DNA of 64,000 bases from an uncultured Thiomicrospira sp. (GCA_965195345.1 OZ239628.1:1120001-1184000), one strand, 5' to 3'. Positions 1 to 11,234 are shown, counted from the stretch's first letter. The notes: a model not told the origin generated them from the letters alone. Numbers and translations are program-made.

Positions 1-48
1 TTGATATAATGAAATACTTACGATCAATAAAAACTTATAGGAGCACTC

Positions 49-1458
49 ATGGATAGTGGCGATATACTTCAGTTGATAGAAGAAAAGGAAATCGAATTTG
101 TTGATTTTCGATTTACCGATACACTGGGAAAAGAACACCACGTAACATTGGCGGCAGACGATGTTGACGAGGCAATTCTTGAAGACGGAAAGACTTTTGA
201 TGGTTCGTCTATAAAAGGGTGGAAAGATATTCATGACTCTGATATGATTTTGCAGCCCGACTTGACCACTGGAGTGGTTGATCCCTTTGCGCAGGCTTCT
301 CAATTAAACATTCGTTGCGATATAATTGATTCAGGAAGTATGACAGGGTATAACCGAGATCCACGTTCGGTGGCAAAACGTGCAGAAGCATACTTAAAAT
401 CTACTGGAATAGCTGATTCTTGTTTTGTTGGACCAGAGCCAGAGTTTTTTGTTTTTGACGATGTGCGTTGGGGAAATGCTCCAAACGGATGTTTCTCTGA
501 AATAAATTCAAACGAAGGTGCATGGGCTTCTAGTCATAAAATTGAAGGTGGGAACCTTGGTCATAGACCATCACAAAAGGGCGGTTATTTCCCAGTTCCT
601 CCAGTTGATTCATTGCACGATTTTCGTTCTGAAACTTGTCAGGTATTGAAAGAAGTCGGTATCAAAGTTGAGGTACATCATCATGAAGTTGCTACTGGCG
701 GACAATGTGAAATAGGTTGTGCTGGCAATACCTTGGTTAACAAGGCCGATGAAGTTCAGCTCTTCAAATACATTGTGCACAATATGGCGCATTTGTACGG
801 GAAAACATCCACTTTTATGCCTAAACCTCTTGTAGGAGACAATGGCTCAGGAATGCATTGCAACGTCTCATTGTCAAAAAATGGGCAAAACATATTTGAT
901 GGCAATAATTATGCAAGTCTATCAGAGGAAGCTATTTTCTTTATTGGTGGCTTGCTTAAGCATTCGAGAGTAATCAATGCATTCGCTAATCCAGGAACAA
1001 ATTCATATAAACGGTTAGTGCCGGGATATGAAGCACCTGTGTTACTTGCGTATTCTGCAAAAAATCGTTCAGCATCAATTCGTATTCCTTTAGTGTTAAG
1101 TGCTAAAGCGCGTAGGGTTGAATTACGTTATCCTGATCCATCAGCGAACCCATACTTAGCATTTTCTGCCATTTTGATGGCTGGACTAGATGGAATCGAA
1201 AATAAAATTCACCCAGGTGATCCTTCTGATAAAGATTTATACGATTTACCTCCAGAAGTTGAAAAAGACTTTCCAACGGTATGTGCATCGCTTGATGAAG
1301 CGTTGGATGCATTGGCTAAAGATTCGGCCTTTTTGGAGAAAGGAGGCGTTTTCGATAAAGATATGATACAGGGTTATTTGGAATTGAAACAAGCTGATGT
1401 TGACCGTATTCGTATGTCTACTCATCCTATCGAATACGAAATGTATTATTCGCTATAA
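49..1458 (+). CDS. glnA: Glutamine synthetase type I
   Basis: [43 protein letters not shown] and KDLYDLPPE adenylylation motifs. Confidence 0.98.
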   Translation: MDSGDILQLIEEKEIEFVDFRFTDTLGKEHHVTLAADDVDEAILEDGKTFDGSSIKGWKDIHDSDMILQPDLTTGVVDPFAQASQLNIRCDIIDSGSMTGYNRDPRSVAKRAEAYLKSTGIADSCFVGPEPEFFVFDDVRWGNAPNGCFSEINSNEGAWASSHKIEGGNLGHRPSQKGGYFPVPPVDSLHDFRSETCQVLKEVGIKVEVHHHEVATGGQCEIGCAGNTLVNKADEVQLFKYIVHNMAHLYGKTSTFMPKPLVGDNGSGMHCNVSLSKNGQNIFDGNNYASLSEEAIFFIGGLLKHSRVINAFANPGTNSYKRLVPGYEAPVLLAYSAKNRSASIRIPLVLSAKARRVELRYPDPSANPYLAFSAILMAGLDGIENKIHPGDPSDKDLYDLPPEVEKDFPTVCASLDEALDALAKDSAFLEKGGVFDKDMIQGYLELKQADVDRIRMSTHPIEYEMYYSL

Positions 1459-1482
1459 TTTTTCGAATATATTGCGTATATG

Positions 1483-1508
1483 AAGCGCCCTTCAGGGCGC
1501 TTTTTTTT
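1483..1508 (+). terminator. Rho-independent terminator after glnA
   Basis: AAGCGCCC-TTCA-GGGCGCTT hairpin followed by T-run. Confidence 0.85.
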
Positions 1509-1814
1509 GGTTTGAAGATAAAACTCCACTGGAGTGTCACTTAACGATAGCACATAAGCAGCTTATTTAAAAGGATTTGACTGTTTTCTTGCAATAGAAA
1601 GGTGAGGGGGTGCTTATTCTCAAATGAAGCAACTATGCACGATTTATACGATAATGCACATCTTAGATAAACGTTAGGCGTTTACAAAATTATTTGTGCG
1701 TGATTGTGATATTTTAATTGCCAAGCGCACGAATCCGTTAGACTGCTTAAGCAAGCTGATAATTTAGTACTATAAAGAAATCAAAATAAAACATATCCTT
1801 ATAGGTGGTGTTCA

Positions 1815-2339
1815 ATGAAGTTGTTATTAGGTGTTTGTGGCAGTGTTGCTGCTTATAAAAGTCTCGAGTTAATTCGACTTTTGAACAAAAATGAGTGCGA
1901 AATAAAAGTAATTTTAACTGCAGGAGGTGCACGATTTATCCATCCTCTTGCATTTCTTTCTCTGGGTGTTGATAAAGTTGTTCAGGATTTGTGGGATGCT
2001 GAAAATAGCATGGCACATATTACATTGACTCGATGGGCTGATTGCTTTCTTGTCGCTCCAGCAACAGCTCAATGCCTTGCTAAAACCGCTAACGGAAACG
2101 CTGATGACTTATTAAGCAGTGCGTTATTGGCTGTCGATGAGATACCAATAGTTCTTGCACCAGCAATGAATCAGGCAATGTACAAAAATTCAGCGACACA
2201 ACGCAATGTAGAGCAATTAAAAGCCGATGGCGTGCAAATCTGGGGTCCAGACAGTGGAGAACAGGCTTGTGGTGAGCACGGTGAAGGAAGAATGCTTGAA
2301 CCTAATGAATTACATGAGCGATTGCAAAACTTCTTTTGA
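1815..2339 (+). CDS. coaC: Phosphopantothenoylcysteine decarboxylase (CoaC half of CoaBC)
   Basis: GVCGSVAAYK, APATA, APAMN..M, QACGEHGEGRM motifs; upstream of dut. Confidence 0.9.
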   Translation: MKLLLGVCGSVAAYKSLELIRLLNKNECEIKVILTAGGARFIHPLAFLSLGVDKVVQDLWDAENSMAHITLTRWADCFLVAPATAQCLAKTANGNADDLLSSALLAVDEIPIVLAPAMNQAMYKNSATQRNVEQLKADGVQIWGPDSGEQACGEHGEGRMLEPNELHERLQNFF

Positions 2340-2985
2340 AAGAGTATTACTCACTCTGGGCGCAACAAGAGAGTCCATTGATCCTGTTCGATATATATCT
2401 AATCGTAGTTCTGGGAAAATGGGCGTTGCACTGATTAAAGCTTTTCAAGAGCTTGGTTGTAATGTGTGTGTCATAAAAGCACACTGTGAAAGCATTGATA
2501 TACCAAGTAATATTGAAATACATGAAGTAAGTAGTTCAAGTGAAATGCTGGCATCTGTAAATCAACAAATGATTAATTTTAAACCGCAACTTTTTGTAGG
2601 GTGTGCGGCAGTTTCTGACTTTATTCCCCAAAATAGCGCGAACAAAATTAAGAAGCAACAGGGTATCAATTTAATATTTGAAAAGGCACCAGACATTATT
2701 GCTGGAGTAGTTGGTCGCTGCCCCTATGTGGCAGGTTTTGCCGCTGAAACAACCAATATTCAACAGAATGCGTACGAAAAAATGCACGGTAAGGGACTGG
2801 ACGTTATTTTTGCCAACGATGCCAGATGCGCTATGGGGAGCGATAGCAATCAAGTCGTTATTGTTACAAAAAATAATTTTATAGAAACAGAAAAAATGAC
2901 AAAAGAGGCACTAGCAAAATTATTGGTGCAATGGTTGAAAAAAGATTGGTTGCGGAAATTTGCTACAAATAGGATGGGAACTTAA
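2314..2985 (+). CDS. coaB: Phosphopantothenate-cysteine ligase (CoaB half), different frame from coaC
   Basis: GATRESIDPVRYISNRSSGKMG, AAVSDF, GFAAET, AND motifs; start taken at ATG 2314 (ORF track begins 2227). Confidence 0.88.
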   Translation: MSDCKTSFERVLLTLGATRESIDPVRYISNRSSGKMGVALIKAFQELGCNVCVIKAHCESIDIPSNIEIHEVSSSSEMLASVNQQMINFKPQLFVGCAAVSDFIPQNSANKIKKQQGINLIFEKAPDIIAGVVGRCPYVAGFAAETTNIQQNAYEKMHGKGLDVIFANDARCAMGSDSNQVVIVTKNNFIETEKMTKEALAKLLVQWLKKDWLRKFATNRMGT

Positions 2986-3052
2986 AGAATGGGTTTTAAT
3001 CTTCTCTTAAATTCCATGTAATTTTGAAAATTCAATTTTAAGTTTAAATTAG

Positions 3053-3514
3053 ATGAAAAAAAATATTCAATTAAAAATTTTAGATAAACGTATCGGAAAT
3101 CAATTTCCAATGCCTAGTTATGCTACTGAAGGATCTGCAGCGATTGACTTGGTCGCTTGCATTGATCAAGCAGTTGATTTAAAAGCTGGAGAATGTCAAC
3201 TAATATCAACGGGTTTGTCTATCTACATACAAGATAAATCCTACGCAGCTTTACTGGTACCTCGATCTGGTCTGGGAGTGCGAGATGGTATCGTTTTAGG
3301 CAATTTAGTTGGTTTAATAGACTCAGACTATCAAGGGCCATTGAAAGTTCCACTATGGAACCGCAGTGATAAAGCGGTGACTATAGAACCAGGTTTACGT
3401 ATGGCTCAAATGTTACTGCTCCCTGTTGCGCAGATGCACTTCGATATTGTAGAAGAATTTGATGAATCAACCAACAGAGGGGTAGGTGGATTTGGCAGTA
3501 CAGGAAAAAAATAA
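3053..3514 (+). CDS. dut: dUTP diphosphatase
   Basis: [25 protein letters not shown] motifs. Confidence 0.97.
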   Translation: MKKNIQLKILDKRIGNQFPMPSYATEGSAAIDLVACIDQAVDLKAGECQLISTGLSIYIQDKSYAALLVPRSGLGVRDGIVLGNLVGLIDSDYQGPLKVPLWNRSDKAVTIEPGLRMAQMLLLPVAQMHFDIVEEFDESTNRGVGGFGSTGKK

Positions 3515-4229
3515 CATGCTTGAGACGTTAAAAAAAGCAGCGCAGGATTTATTTGCGGCTAAATTTTTATGGCTATCTATTTGGCCATTGGCATTATCAA
3601 TCATTTTTTGGACGAGTGTGTTCTACATTTTTGCTGGCGATTGGAACGTAAGCATAAATCATTTCTACAGTGATACTTGGATAGATGATTTGGGTGAAAC
3701 CAACGGACTCCATTGGTTAACAGCGTATTTGGGCTTTTTTCTTTTATTCCTACTGTGGATGCCTGCAGTTTATATAACGAGTCTATTAATTGTCGCTTTT
3801 TTCATTATGCCTCTCATCATGAAACACGTTTCACAGAATCATTATCCAGAGTTAGAGCAGTATTCAGGCGGAACTTTTATCGGTTCGATCTTTAACACAG
3901 TAATTACAATGATTATCTATTTGTTCTTATGGCTGTTATTATTGCCTTTCTGGTTCTTTCTGCCGCTGGGTTTCGTAATTACGCTTTTTTTGAGCGCTTG
4001 GGTCAACAAGCGTTTATTTGCTTATGAGGCACTTTGTGATTACGCATCAAAAAATGAATTGAGTACATTGAGAAAAGATGGTTTCTGGCTAAGTGCGCTG
4101 TTAGGGTCGATTTATTTCATTCCCTTTTTGAATTTATTTGCCTCTGTTTTCATGGGATTAGCCTTTGCTCATCATTATTTGAAACTATTATCAATGCACA
4201 GACAGTCATCAAATGAGCGTGCCAGATAA
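3486..4229 (+). CDS. EI24/CysZ-like integral membrane protein
   Basis: Multiple TM helices, HYPEL...GG and final IPFLNLF..V...LAF.H pattern. Confidence 0.65.
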   Translation: MDLAVQEKNNMLETLKKAAQDLFAAKFLWLSIWPLALSIIFWTSVFYIFAGDWNVSINHFYSDTWIDDLGETNGLHWLTAYLGFFLLFLLWMPAVYITSLLIVAFFIMPLIMKHVSQNHYPELEQYSGGTFIGSIFNTVITMIIYLFLWLLLLPFWFFLPLGFVITLFLSAWVNKRLFAYEALCDYASKNELSTLRKDGFWLSALLGSIYFIPFLNLFASVFMGLAFAHHYLKLLSMHRQSSNERAR

Positions 4230-4626
4230 ATTGGAACTTGCCATTCAAGGAAAACTGCTTCTGCCCGCACTTAGGAAAACCGATGAGGATAAACTTTTTT
4301 GGGTAGCCGATTCACTTAAAGAAATTTATTTATTATTTCATTATATCCAAAAAATTCAAAAGGATAGCCGCAGAAAAAAATTGATTCTATTAGGTCCAAT
4401 AGAACTCTTGAAACAACCCTTAACACCTGCCAAAATAATAGTGAACGCACCGGATGGAGTCATTGGCGCACTGCCTCTTTTGGAAGATTGGGGAGTTGCT
4501 CACCGTTGTTTTAGCATGAACGAGACGGCTGGCGCGTTTTCAGGTACGAGTAAAGCGTTCGTTAAGTCGTTGAATATTAATGAAAAAGAAATATTTTATT
4601 TATCGATGCTAAACGTTACTCTTTAA
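4213..4626 (+). CDS. Hypothetical protein resembling the middle part of PyrK-like electron-transfer subunits
   Basis: PDGVIGALPLLEDWG segment; lacks the Cys cluster; recognition tentative. Confidence 0.35.
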   Translation: MSVPDKLELAIQGKLLLPALRKTDEDKLFWVADSLKEIYLLFHYIQKIQKDSRRKKLILLGPIELLKQPLTPAKIIVNAPDGVIGALPLLEDWGVAHRCFSMNETAGAFSGTSKAFVKSLNINEKEIFYLSMLNVTL

Positions 4627-4629
4627 AAG

Positions 4630-5394
4630 TTAATAGCTGACAGTAAGATTAGTGAGGCATGTGCGTTGAATCCATATCGGTATCCACGTATTTAGTTGAG
4701 GTATTCGGTTTCCAAGCGCTTCAAGACTCATTCCACGAATCAATGCTTTGACTGCTAAAGCCTCATTGCGTTCACAGAGGCTTAGACAGACTTTATTGTT
4801 TAAACGGTATATGATGTACCATCCGCCATTTAAACTGTCTACACTCAAATACGGGTGCTCTTCTGCTAGTAAAGCTACATGATCACTATTGATAAAGAAC
4901 GAGGATAACGTATCTTGGAACTCTAAGAAAGTTTTAATAGATTCTTGTGACTGTTGAGCTTCTATCCACTTTTCAACCATTGACATGTCAAATTGAGGTT
5001 GATTTTCAGCATAATAAGTCTTTTCAATGCTTAATTCGCAAGCAGCTAAGGTAATTAAGCCTTTAATTTGTCTTGCGTCTGGGTAAAGTTTTAAGTACTC
5101 AGAAAAATTATCACCATACTCATTCAAATCTTGACTATAGGCACTTTCATTTAAATAATAGTAGTTTGCGATGCCTGTATATACATCACCCAATAACTTT
5201 TTAACGCAAGGGAAACGTGTTCTTAACGCACTAATATGCGCATACTTAACAGTTTTTTTATAAATTTCGTGTCGATTTTCCGAACGAGATTTCTCTGCGA
5301 GATAGCTCTTAAAATTATTCTTTGCATCCGCCACTCGAATCATCTTCCAAAAATCATTTTGTAATTGTTTTAAAGAAGGCGCTTCAGGCTTCAT
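4630..5394 (-). CDS. DUF2063 (BufC/HvfC-type) RiPP partner protein
   Basis: IYK...ALRTRFPCVKKLLG, DLNEYGDNF..YL; directly downstream of DUF692 gene. Confidence 0.8.
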   Translation of the reverse strand: MKPEAPSLKQLQNDFWKMIRVADAKNNFKSYLAEKSRSENRHEIYKKTVKYAHISALRTRFPCVKKLLGDVYTGIANYYYLNESAYSQDLNEYGDNFSEYLKLYPDARQIKGLITLAACELSIEKTYYAENQPQFDMSMVEKWIEAQQSQESIKTFLEFQDTLSSFFINSDHVALLAEEHPYLSVDSLNGGWYIIYRLNNKVCLSLCERNEALAVKALIRGMSLEALGNRIPQLNTWIPIWIQRTCLTNLTVSY

Positions 5395-6238
5395 TTTTCA
5401 CTATGTTACGTGCGTAATCAGCTTCCTTATAGAGAGTCATAAAATCTGGTAAATCATTGTCCCATTCAATTAAAGTAGGAATATGATGATTTTCTCGGAT
5501 GAAGCGTGCATATAAATCCCAAACCTTTGGGTGCACTTTATTATTGTGTGCATCGATTAGATACTCATCACAATCTTCAAAACCAGCGAGGTGTATTTCT
5601 GCAATTCGATCGACAGGAATTTTATTAAAATAGTCTTCGATGTCGGTGCCATTATTGTAATGTGCCACGTATATATTATTGATATCAAACAAGATTTTGC
5701 AGTCGGATTCAATTGCCACATTAGCAACAAATTCACCTTCAGTCATAGTGGAATGTTCAAAATTCAAATAAGTTGAAACATTCTCAATTGCAAAAGGACA
5801 TTCGAAATAATCTTGAATTTCTCGTATGCGAGATGCAGCGTGTTTAACCGTTTCTTCAGTATACGGCAAGGGTAACAAATCATGAGCGTGTTGACCATGA
5901 ACACTTGTCCAGCATAAATGATCTGACATGAGCCAAGGATTGACCAATTTTGCCAGTTCCTTCAACTTACGCATGTACTCACGATCTAAAGGATCCGTGC
6001 TTCCTATAGATAAACCAACGGAGTGTTGCGTTATTGGATAGCGCTCAGCGATCATTTGTGCTTCATATAAAGAAGCACCTCCACCGCAAGTGTGATTATC
6101 TGCCAGAATTTCGAACCAATCTATATTGGGATCTTTTTGAAGAACTTCTTTGAAGTGTTGTGACCTAAACCCTAATCCAATGGGCAAAACGTCCGCCCCA
6201 AATATTGAGGCGGACGAAGAATTTTCACCTGATGACAT
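5384..6238 (-). CDS. DUF692 multinuclear non-heme iron oxidase (bufferin maturase type)
   Basis: GLGFR, HSVGLSIG, SDHLCW, IENVS, DINNIYV, EIHLAG, IDAH, LIEWD motifs. Confidence 0.93.
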   Translation of the reverse strand: MSSGENSSSASIFGADVLPIGLGFRSQHFKEVLQKDPNIDWFEILADNHTCGGGASLYEAQMIAERYPITQHSVGLSIGSTDPLDREYMRKLKELAKLVNPWLMSDHLCWTSVHGQHAHDLLPLPYTEETVKHAASRIREIQDYFECPFAIENVSTYLNFEHSTMTEGEFVANVAIESDCKILFDINNIYVAHYNNGTDIEDYFNKIPVDRIAEIHLAGFEDCDEYLIDAHNNKVHPKVWDLYARFIRENHHIPTLIEWDNDLPDFMTLYKEADYARNIVKNEA

Positions 6239-6241
6239 TAA

Positions 6242-6538
6242 TTACTTAGCTTTTTTAACTAAAGCAACTTTACCACCAGTGATTTTGGAACAAGTTCCTT
6301 GAGGAACGTAGACCCACTCACTATCAAGGTTAGTAGATTTAGCTTGTCCAGCACAAGCATGCTTGCCATCAAGAGCGCCGCAATCATTCTTTCCAGCTTT
6401 TGCAATACCTGCACACTTTTCCCATGCTTTAGGTGCATCAGGAACGGCTGCATTTGCGCTAGATGCCAATAATAGTCCAGCAGTGAAAACACTAGCTAGT
6501 GTTACTTTTGCGATATTTCTATCCATCAGATTCTCCAA
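6242..6538 (-). CDS. DUF2282 (BufA1-type) exported bufferin precursor
   Basis: Signal peptide then [18 protein letters not shown]...W.YVPQGTC.KI.GG with four Cys. Confidence 0.88.
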   Translation of the reverse strand: MENLMDRNIAKVTLASVFTAGLLLASSANAAVPDAPKAWEKCAGIAKAGKNDCGALDGKHACAGQAKSTNLDSEWVYVPQGTCSKITGGKVALVKKAK

Positions 6539-6628
6539 TTTAGAGTTATAAAAAATAGCAATTCTAATTGCTCTCAGTCTACTAAGACGATAAAAAGTGA
6601 CTATTACCCCGTAAAAGAATGGAAAAAA

Positions 6629-7222
6629 TCATCTATTCAGTAAAATAGAGCGCACATAATACAAAGCAAACAATGAACGCGCTTCTGTTACATCATCACG
6701 CAGCACTAAACTTTCTATACTGTTTAAGTCAATAGGGCACACTTCAAGTTGTTCGGGTTCATCGCCTACAAGAGGAGAAAAATAAAGGTCTTCAAGCATA
6801 ACAATATGCGTCATGTGTGTCATGTATCCAGGCGATAAGCTAACACTTTTAAGATATGTCGCTTTTTTTGCACCGTAGCCAGTCTCTTCTTGACTTTCTC
6901 TACAGGCGGCTTTGACGGGGGTTTCATGCTCTTCGATATGTCCTTTCGGTAATGCCCACTCGTATTGAGCATTACCTGCACAATATTCACGTATGATCAA
7001 TGCTTCGAAATTATCGGTAATAGGGACTGCAAGAACAGAACCTTTTTTACTGCCAAGAGCACGCCTGAATTGTCTTCTCTCTCCGTTACTAAAGCACAAA
7101 TCCTGCACCTCTAACCGATAATTGGAATGATTAATTAGGAGTTCTGAGCGTTCAACAGTCGGCAGTGTGTGTTTTAAGTCAAGGTTTTTTTGTATTTTAG
7201 GCAGTCTGTTTTCATTATCCAT
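6629..7222 (-). CDS. nudE: ADP-compounds Nudix hydrolase
   Basis: Nudix box PKG.IE..E....AACRESQEETGY; SLSPGYM, GDEPE. Confidence 0.85.
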   Translation of the reverse strand: MDNENRLPKIQKNLDLKHTLPTVERSELLINHSNYRLEVQDLCFSNGERRQFRRALGSKKGSVLAVPITDNFEALIIREYCAGNAQYEWALPKGHIEEHETPVKAACRESQEETGYGAKKATYLKSVSLSPGYMTHMTHIVMLEDLYFSPLVGDEPEQLEVCPIDLNSIESLVLRDDVTEARSLFALYYVRSILLNR

Positions 7223-7327
7223 TAAGCTATAATACCAGATAAATTAGTGGCAGGCGGGAAAAGCTATTCAGAATGACTTCGTCATTTCACTCGTCAGCAA
7301 AATATTATTATCCTAATCTGAATATCA

Positions 7328-8092
7328 ATGCTCAAAGTCCTTTCTATAAACTGTAATGGTATCCGTGCTGCATACAAAAAAGATTTTTTTGCATGGGTTG
7401 CTAGCATGGATTGTGATGTTCTTTGCCTACAGGAAGTACGTGCAGATAAAGAAGTTTTAGCGGATGAAAAATTCACTTTAAATGGATACGTGCATCATCA
7501 TGTGGTTGCAGAAAAGAAAGGCTACAGTGGTGTTAGCATCTACAGCCGTTTAAAAATAGATAAAGTAGTTAGTGCTTGCAATAACACCGTAATGACGGTA
7601 GAAGGCCGATGGATTGAAGTAATTATAGGAAAACTGCATATCGTATCTCTCTATTTGCCGTCAGGTTCATCTGGAGATATTGCACAGTGTAAAAAAAATA
7701 AAATTCTCGATTGGCTATTGCCTGAACTTCAGAAAAAACAGGACGATGGCGATTCATGGATTATATGTGGTGACTTTAATATAGCGCATACTAACAAAGA
7801 TATAAAAAATTGGCGTGGAAATCAAAAGAACTCGGGATTTTTACCGCATGAAAGGGCTTGGTTGGATGCAGTGTTCTCTATGGGATGGGTTGATGTTTTT
7901 AGAACGTTGAATAACGAGGAGCATCAATACACTTGGTGGTCCAATCGAGGACAAGCATGGGCAAACAATGTTGGGTGGCGTATTGATTATCAAATAACTA
8001 CAAAGGATATGGCAGAGAAAGCGCAAAGCGTTGAAATTTATAAAAATAAGCGTTTTTCAGATCATGCTCCTTTAATAATAAAATATGATTGA
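7328..8092 (+). CDS. xth: Exodeoxyribonuclease III / AP endonuclease
   Basis: NCNGIRA, CLQE, GDFNIAH, YTWWS, GWRIDY, SDHAP. Confidence 0.95.
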   Translation: MLKVLSINCNGIRAAYKKDFFAWVASMDCDVLCLQEVRADKEVLADEKFTLNGYVHHHVVAEKKGYSGVSIYSRLKIDKVVSACNNTVMTVEGRWIEVIIGKLHIVSLYLPSGSSGDIAQCKKNKILDWLLPELQKKQDDGDSWIICGDFNIAHTNKDIKNWRGNQKNSGFLPHERAWLDAVFSMGWVDVFRTLNNEEHQYTWWSNRGQAWANNVGWRIDYQITTKDMAEKAQSVEIYKNKRFSDHAPLIIKYD

Positions 8093-8945
8093 CATGATAA
8101 AAGAAAACGAAACATATAATCGACAAACAATTTTAGGAAAACGAGTAGCAGCCCCCAAAGAACGTACTGCCGAAGTGCTTCAAGCCATCCCCAGAGAGGA
8201 ACAACGCAATAAAATCAGTTTAGATTTTAATTTCAAGGGCACAGATCTCTGGAATGTATGGGATGCTTACTGGGTAGATTGCAATAATCAAGCCCATTGC
8301 TGCTTGTTACAACTTGAAATTGACGCATCTTCAAAGTATATCGTCGAATCCAAATCTCTCAAGCATTATTTAGAAGGGATTACTTGGATAAAATTTGAAA
8401 ATGAAGAGGCATATCTTAAAGTTATCGTTCAAGATTTGAGCGAATGTTTAAAGGATAGCGTTGTTGCTAAATTGATCCCTCCGCTCGGTGTTATACGCAC
8501 AGCAACCCCTGGGTTGAATTTGGATAACTCTTTACTTGAAGGAAGAGTTGATAATTTCTGCTATAACAAAGAATTACTTAAGTTTTCAAAAAAGGAAGTG
8601 GAAAGCAAAGAACATATAAATAAAGTATGTATATACAACACGGATACTTTTCGCAGCCTTTGTCCCGTAACCAATCAACCCGACTACGCAACGGTTGTGA
8701 TTGCTTCCGTTGGAGAAATTATTGATCCAGAGAACTTATTGAGATATTTACAAAGTTATCGTAATCATACGGGATTTCACGAAAACTGTTGCGAACGCAT
8801 TTTTGATGATTTGCGCAACACCTTTTCTTTCGAGCGTTTATCTGTGATTATGGCTTTTAGTCGCAGAGGTGGCATCGATATAACGCCAATGCGTTGGCTT
8901 GATGGTCAGCCAAAGCCGGAGATAGGGCATCTATGGCGACAGTAA
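8085..8945 (+). CDS. queF: 7-cyano-7-deazaguanine reductase (two-domain type)
   Basis: IVESKSLK, RSLCPVTNQPD, FHENCCERIF, RRGGIDI.P.R. Confidence 0.93.
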   Translation: MIDMIKENETYNRQTILGKRVAAPKERTAEVLQAIPREEQRNKISLDFNFKGTDLWNVWDAYWVDCNNQAHCCLLQLEIDASSKYIVESKSLKHYLEGITWIKFENEEAYLKVIVQDLSECLKDSVVAKLIPPLGVIRTATPGLNLDNSLLEGRVDNFCYNKELLKFSKKEVESKEHINKVCIYNTDTFRSLCPVTNQPDYATVVIASVGEIIDPENLLRYLQSYRNHTGFHENCCERIFDDLRNTFSFERLSVIMAFSRRGGIDITPMRWLDGQPKPEIGHLWRQ

Positions 8946-9009
8946 TCCTATAATGAGTCTTACAGTGGTTTCATGAGTGAATATGCGTACGATCTCATGA
9001 ACATCGTGG

Positions 9010-9627
9010 CTATACAGGCAAATGATTTAACCCAATTAAATACGTTTCACGCGAGTTTTTACGCGATGATTCAGGCTTAATTGTTTTGACTTGCTTAAAT
9101 TGCTTACGAACTGAAGCCAATAAGGGCTCAAAGCCTTCTCCATGAAAGCTTTTCATAATCAAATAACCTTCTTTTTTTAGAATAGATTGAGTCAATTCAA
9201 GTACTAACTCACATAAATACATACTCTTAGGCATATCAACAGACTTGTTCCCACTCATGTTTGGTGCCATATCCGACATAATAAGATCAACACGAGAGTC
9301 GCCAACGCTCTCGAGAATTTTAGCGAGCGTTTCATCTTCGATAAAATTGCCTTGAATGAAAGATACACGTGCTAACGAGTCCATTTCTAATAAATCACAA
9401 CCTACAATTTTTGCATTAGAGTGATTTACAGCATACTGAGACCATCCGCCAGGAGAACAACCTAAGTCGACTATTGAGTTGCAATTTTTAATTATTTTAT
9501 ATTTGAGGTCAATTTCTTGTAATTTAAACAAGGACCTTGAGCGGTATCCAGCTTTCTTCGCCTCTTTTACATAAGGGTCACTATGCTGCCTATTTAACCA
9601 CCGTTGAGAGCTTACTGAGCGTGCCAT
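9010..9627 (-). CDS. rlmE: 23S rRNA Um2552 methyltransferase
   Basis: GYRSRS.FKL, DLGCSPGGWSQ, SDMAPNMSG, KPESSRKNSRE. Confidence 0.96.
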   Translation of the reverse strand: MARSVSSQRWLNRQHSDPYVKEAKKAGYRSRSLFKLQEIDLKYKIIKNCNSIVDLGCSPGGWSQYAVNHSNAKIVGCDLLEMDSLARVSFIQGNFIEDETLAKILESVGDSRVDLIMSDMAPNMSGNKSVDMPKSMYLCELVLELTQSILKKEGYLIMKSFHGEGFEPLLASVRKQFKQVKTIKPESSRKNSRETYLIGLNHLPV

Positions 9628-9639
9628 ACATTATGTAGG

Positions 9640-9942
9640 TTATTTTGAAGGCAAAGCGATTAGAGGTTTTTTTTCATTTCGGCGATACAGCAGGCACATC
9701 TTCCCAATCTTTTGCACTAAGGACGCATTTAGTTTATTTGATAATGCTGTTATTTGGCCCTCTCTTAATTCGCGTGTTTCTTCAGAAATACGAATTTTAA
9801 TCAATTCATGCGTAACCAACATATTATCAGCCTCGCCAATAAAACTCTCTGAAAGACCTTTATCTCCCAAACGCATCAAAGGCGTTTTTGTATTATGTCC
9901 AATTTGAAGTAAATGTCTAATTTGATTCTTAGTTAATTGCAT
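9640..9942 (-). CDS. yhbY: CRM-domain RNA-binding protein
   Basis: G.KGL, HELIKIR, LVQKIG..LLYR; next to rlmE. Confidence 0.88.
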   Translation of the reverse strand: MQLTKNQIRHLLQIGHNTKTPLMRLGDKGLSESFIGEADNMLVTHELIKIRISEETRELREGQITALSNKLNASLVQKIGKMCLLYRRNEKKPLIALPSK

Positions 9943-9944
9943 GT

Positions 9945-11132
9945 TTAAAACCGGATGTCGTTTATTATGTCGTCTATATGCTCAAGTCCAACAGAGATTC
10001 GAATCATATTTTCTGAAATTCCTGCATTTTCTCGCTCTTGCGCACTCATTCTCCAATGCGTTGTTGTTGCTGGATGCGTAATCGTGCTTTTAGCGTCACC
10101 GAGATTTGCCGTAATAGAAAGAAGTTGACATCTATTTATAAGAGTCCAAGCCTCTTTTCTATCTCCCTTCACCTGAAAGGATAACACACCACCACCGCCA
10201 TCAGGATGCTGTTTTTTTGCCAGCTCTCTTTGAGGATGTGAAGGTAGGGCGGAATAATTAACTTGCTCTACTTGTGGCTGTTCTTGTAACCACAACGCTA
10301 AAGCCAACGCATTATCGCAATGTTTTTGCATACGCAGTGACAATGTTTCAAGGCTTTTGGCAAGCACCCAAGAATTGAAAGCATTCAATCCAGTGCCAGC
10401 GGTACGAACTACACTGTATTGTTCTTTATACAAACTTTCTTGATTAGTAATTAATGCTCCCCCCAAACAACGGCCCTGACCATCGATGAATTTAGTGGCG
10501 GAATGCATTACAACGTCTGCACCAAATTTCAAAGGTTTTTGTAAATGAGGCGTGCAAAAACAATTATCTACAACTAAAAGTGCGTTATTCTCATGCGCAA
10601 TATCAGCCAATACTTGTAAATCCGCTATTTCAGCTGTTGGATTAGCAGGTGTTTCGCAAAATAAAATTTTCGTATCCGAACAAATAGCATCTCGCCACTC
10701 TTGTGCTTCGGACAAAGGTACAAAAGTGGTTTTAATAGCGAATTGCGCCATTAAGTCCCTAAAAAGTCCAATGGTCGTGCCAAAAACGCAATCGGCACAA
10801 ACAACATGATCCCCGCTTTTAAGGTGAGCAAGAGCCATAGTCAAAATAGCCGACATTCCTGTATTTGTCGCTATCCCATAGCTACCTTCTTCTAAAATTG
10901 CTAATCTTCGAGAAAACGTGCTTTCATTGGGATTGCTAAAGCGTGCATATATATTGCCTTCTTCATCGCCTCTAAAACGAGCCGCTGCTTGTTGCGCATC
11001 CTTGAAAACAAAGCTGGAAGTTAAATAAACAGGTTCTGAATGCTCTCCGTGGGGCGAACTTTCAGAGCGCGTTCTCACCGCGCGTGTTTGGCTGTGATAT
11101 TTGCTATAATCTTTTGGACTATTTGAACTCAT
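9945..11132 (-). CDS. metZ: O-succinylhomoserine sulfhydrylase
   Basis: YARFSNP, VVDNCFCTP, HSATKFIDGQGRCLGG, ANLGDAKSTITHPATTTH. Confidence 0.93.
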   Translation of the reverse strand: MSSNSPKDYSKYHSQTRAVRTRSESSPHGEHSEPVYLTSSFVFKDAQQAAARFRGDEEGNIYARFSNPNESTFSRRLAILEEGSYGIATNTGMSAILTMALAHLKSGDHVVCADCVFGTTIGLFRDLMAQFAIKTTFVPLSEAQEWRDAICSDTKILFCETPANPTAEIADLQVLADIAHENNALLVVDNCFCTPHLQKPLKFGADVVMHSATKFIDGQGRCLGGALITNQESLYKEQYSVVRTAGTGLNAFNSWVLAKSLETLSLRMQKHCDNALALALWLQEQPQVEQVNYSALPSHPQRELAKKQHPDGGGGVLSFQVKGDRKEAWTLINRCQLLSITANLGDAKSTITHPATTTHWRMSAQERENAGISENMIRISVGLEHIDDIINDIRF

Positions 11133-11234
11133 ATGCCTTATTGTACCTTGCTTTCAAAACTTCGTTAGTTGAATGGGGATGTCTTCATTTTTTTAAAATC
11201 ATCCTGAAATTCAAAAAAACTGCGCCTGCGTGAT

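Noticed and set aside
11133-11234. tRNA or direct repeat marking an island boundary at the recombinase 3' end
   Set aside because: No tRNA-like structure and no matching repeat found at the right end near 44657.
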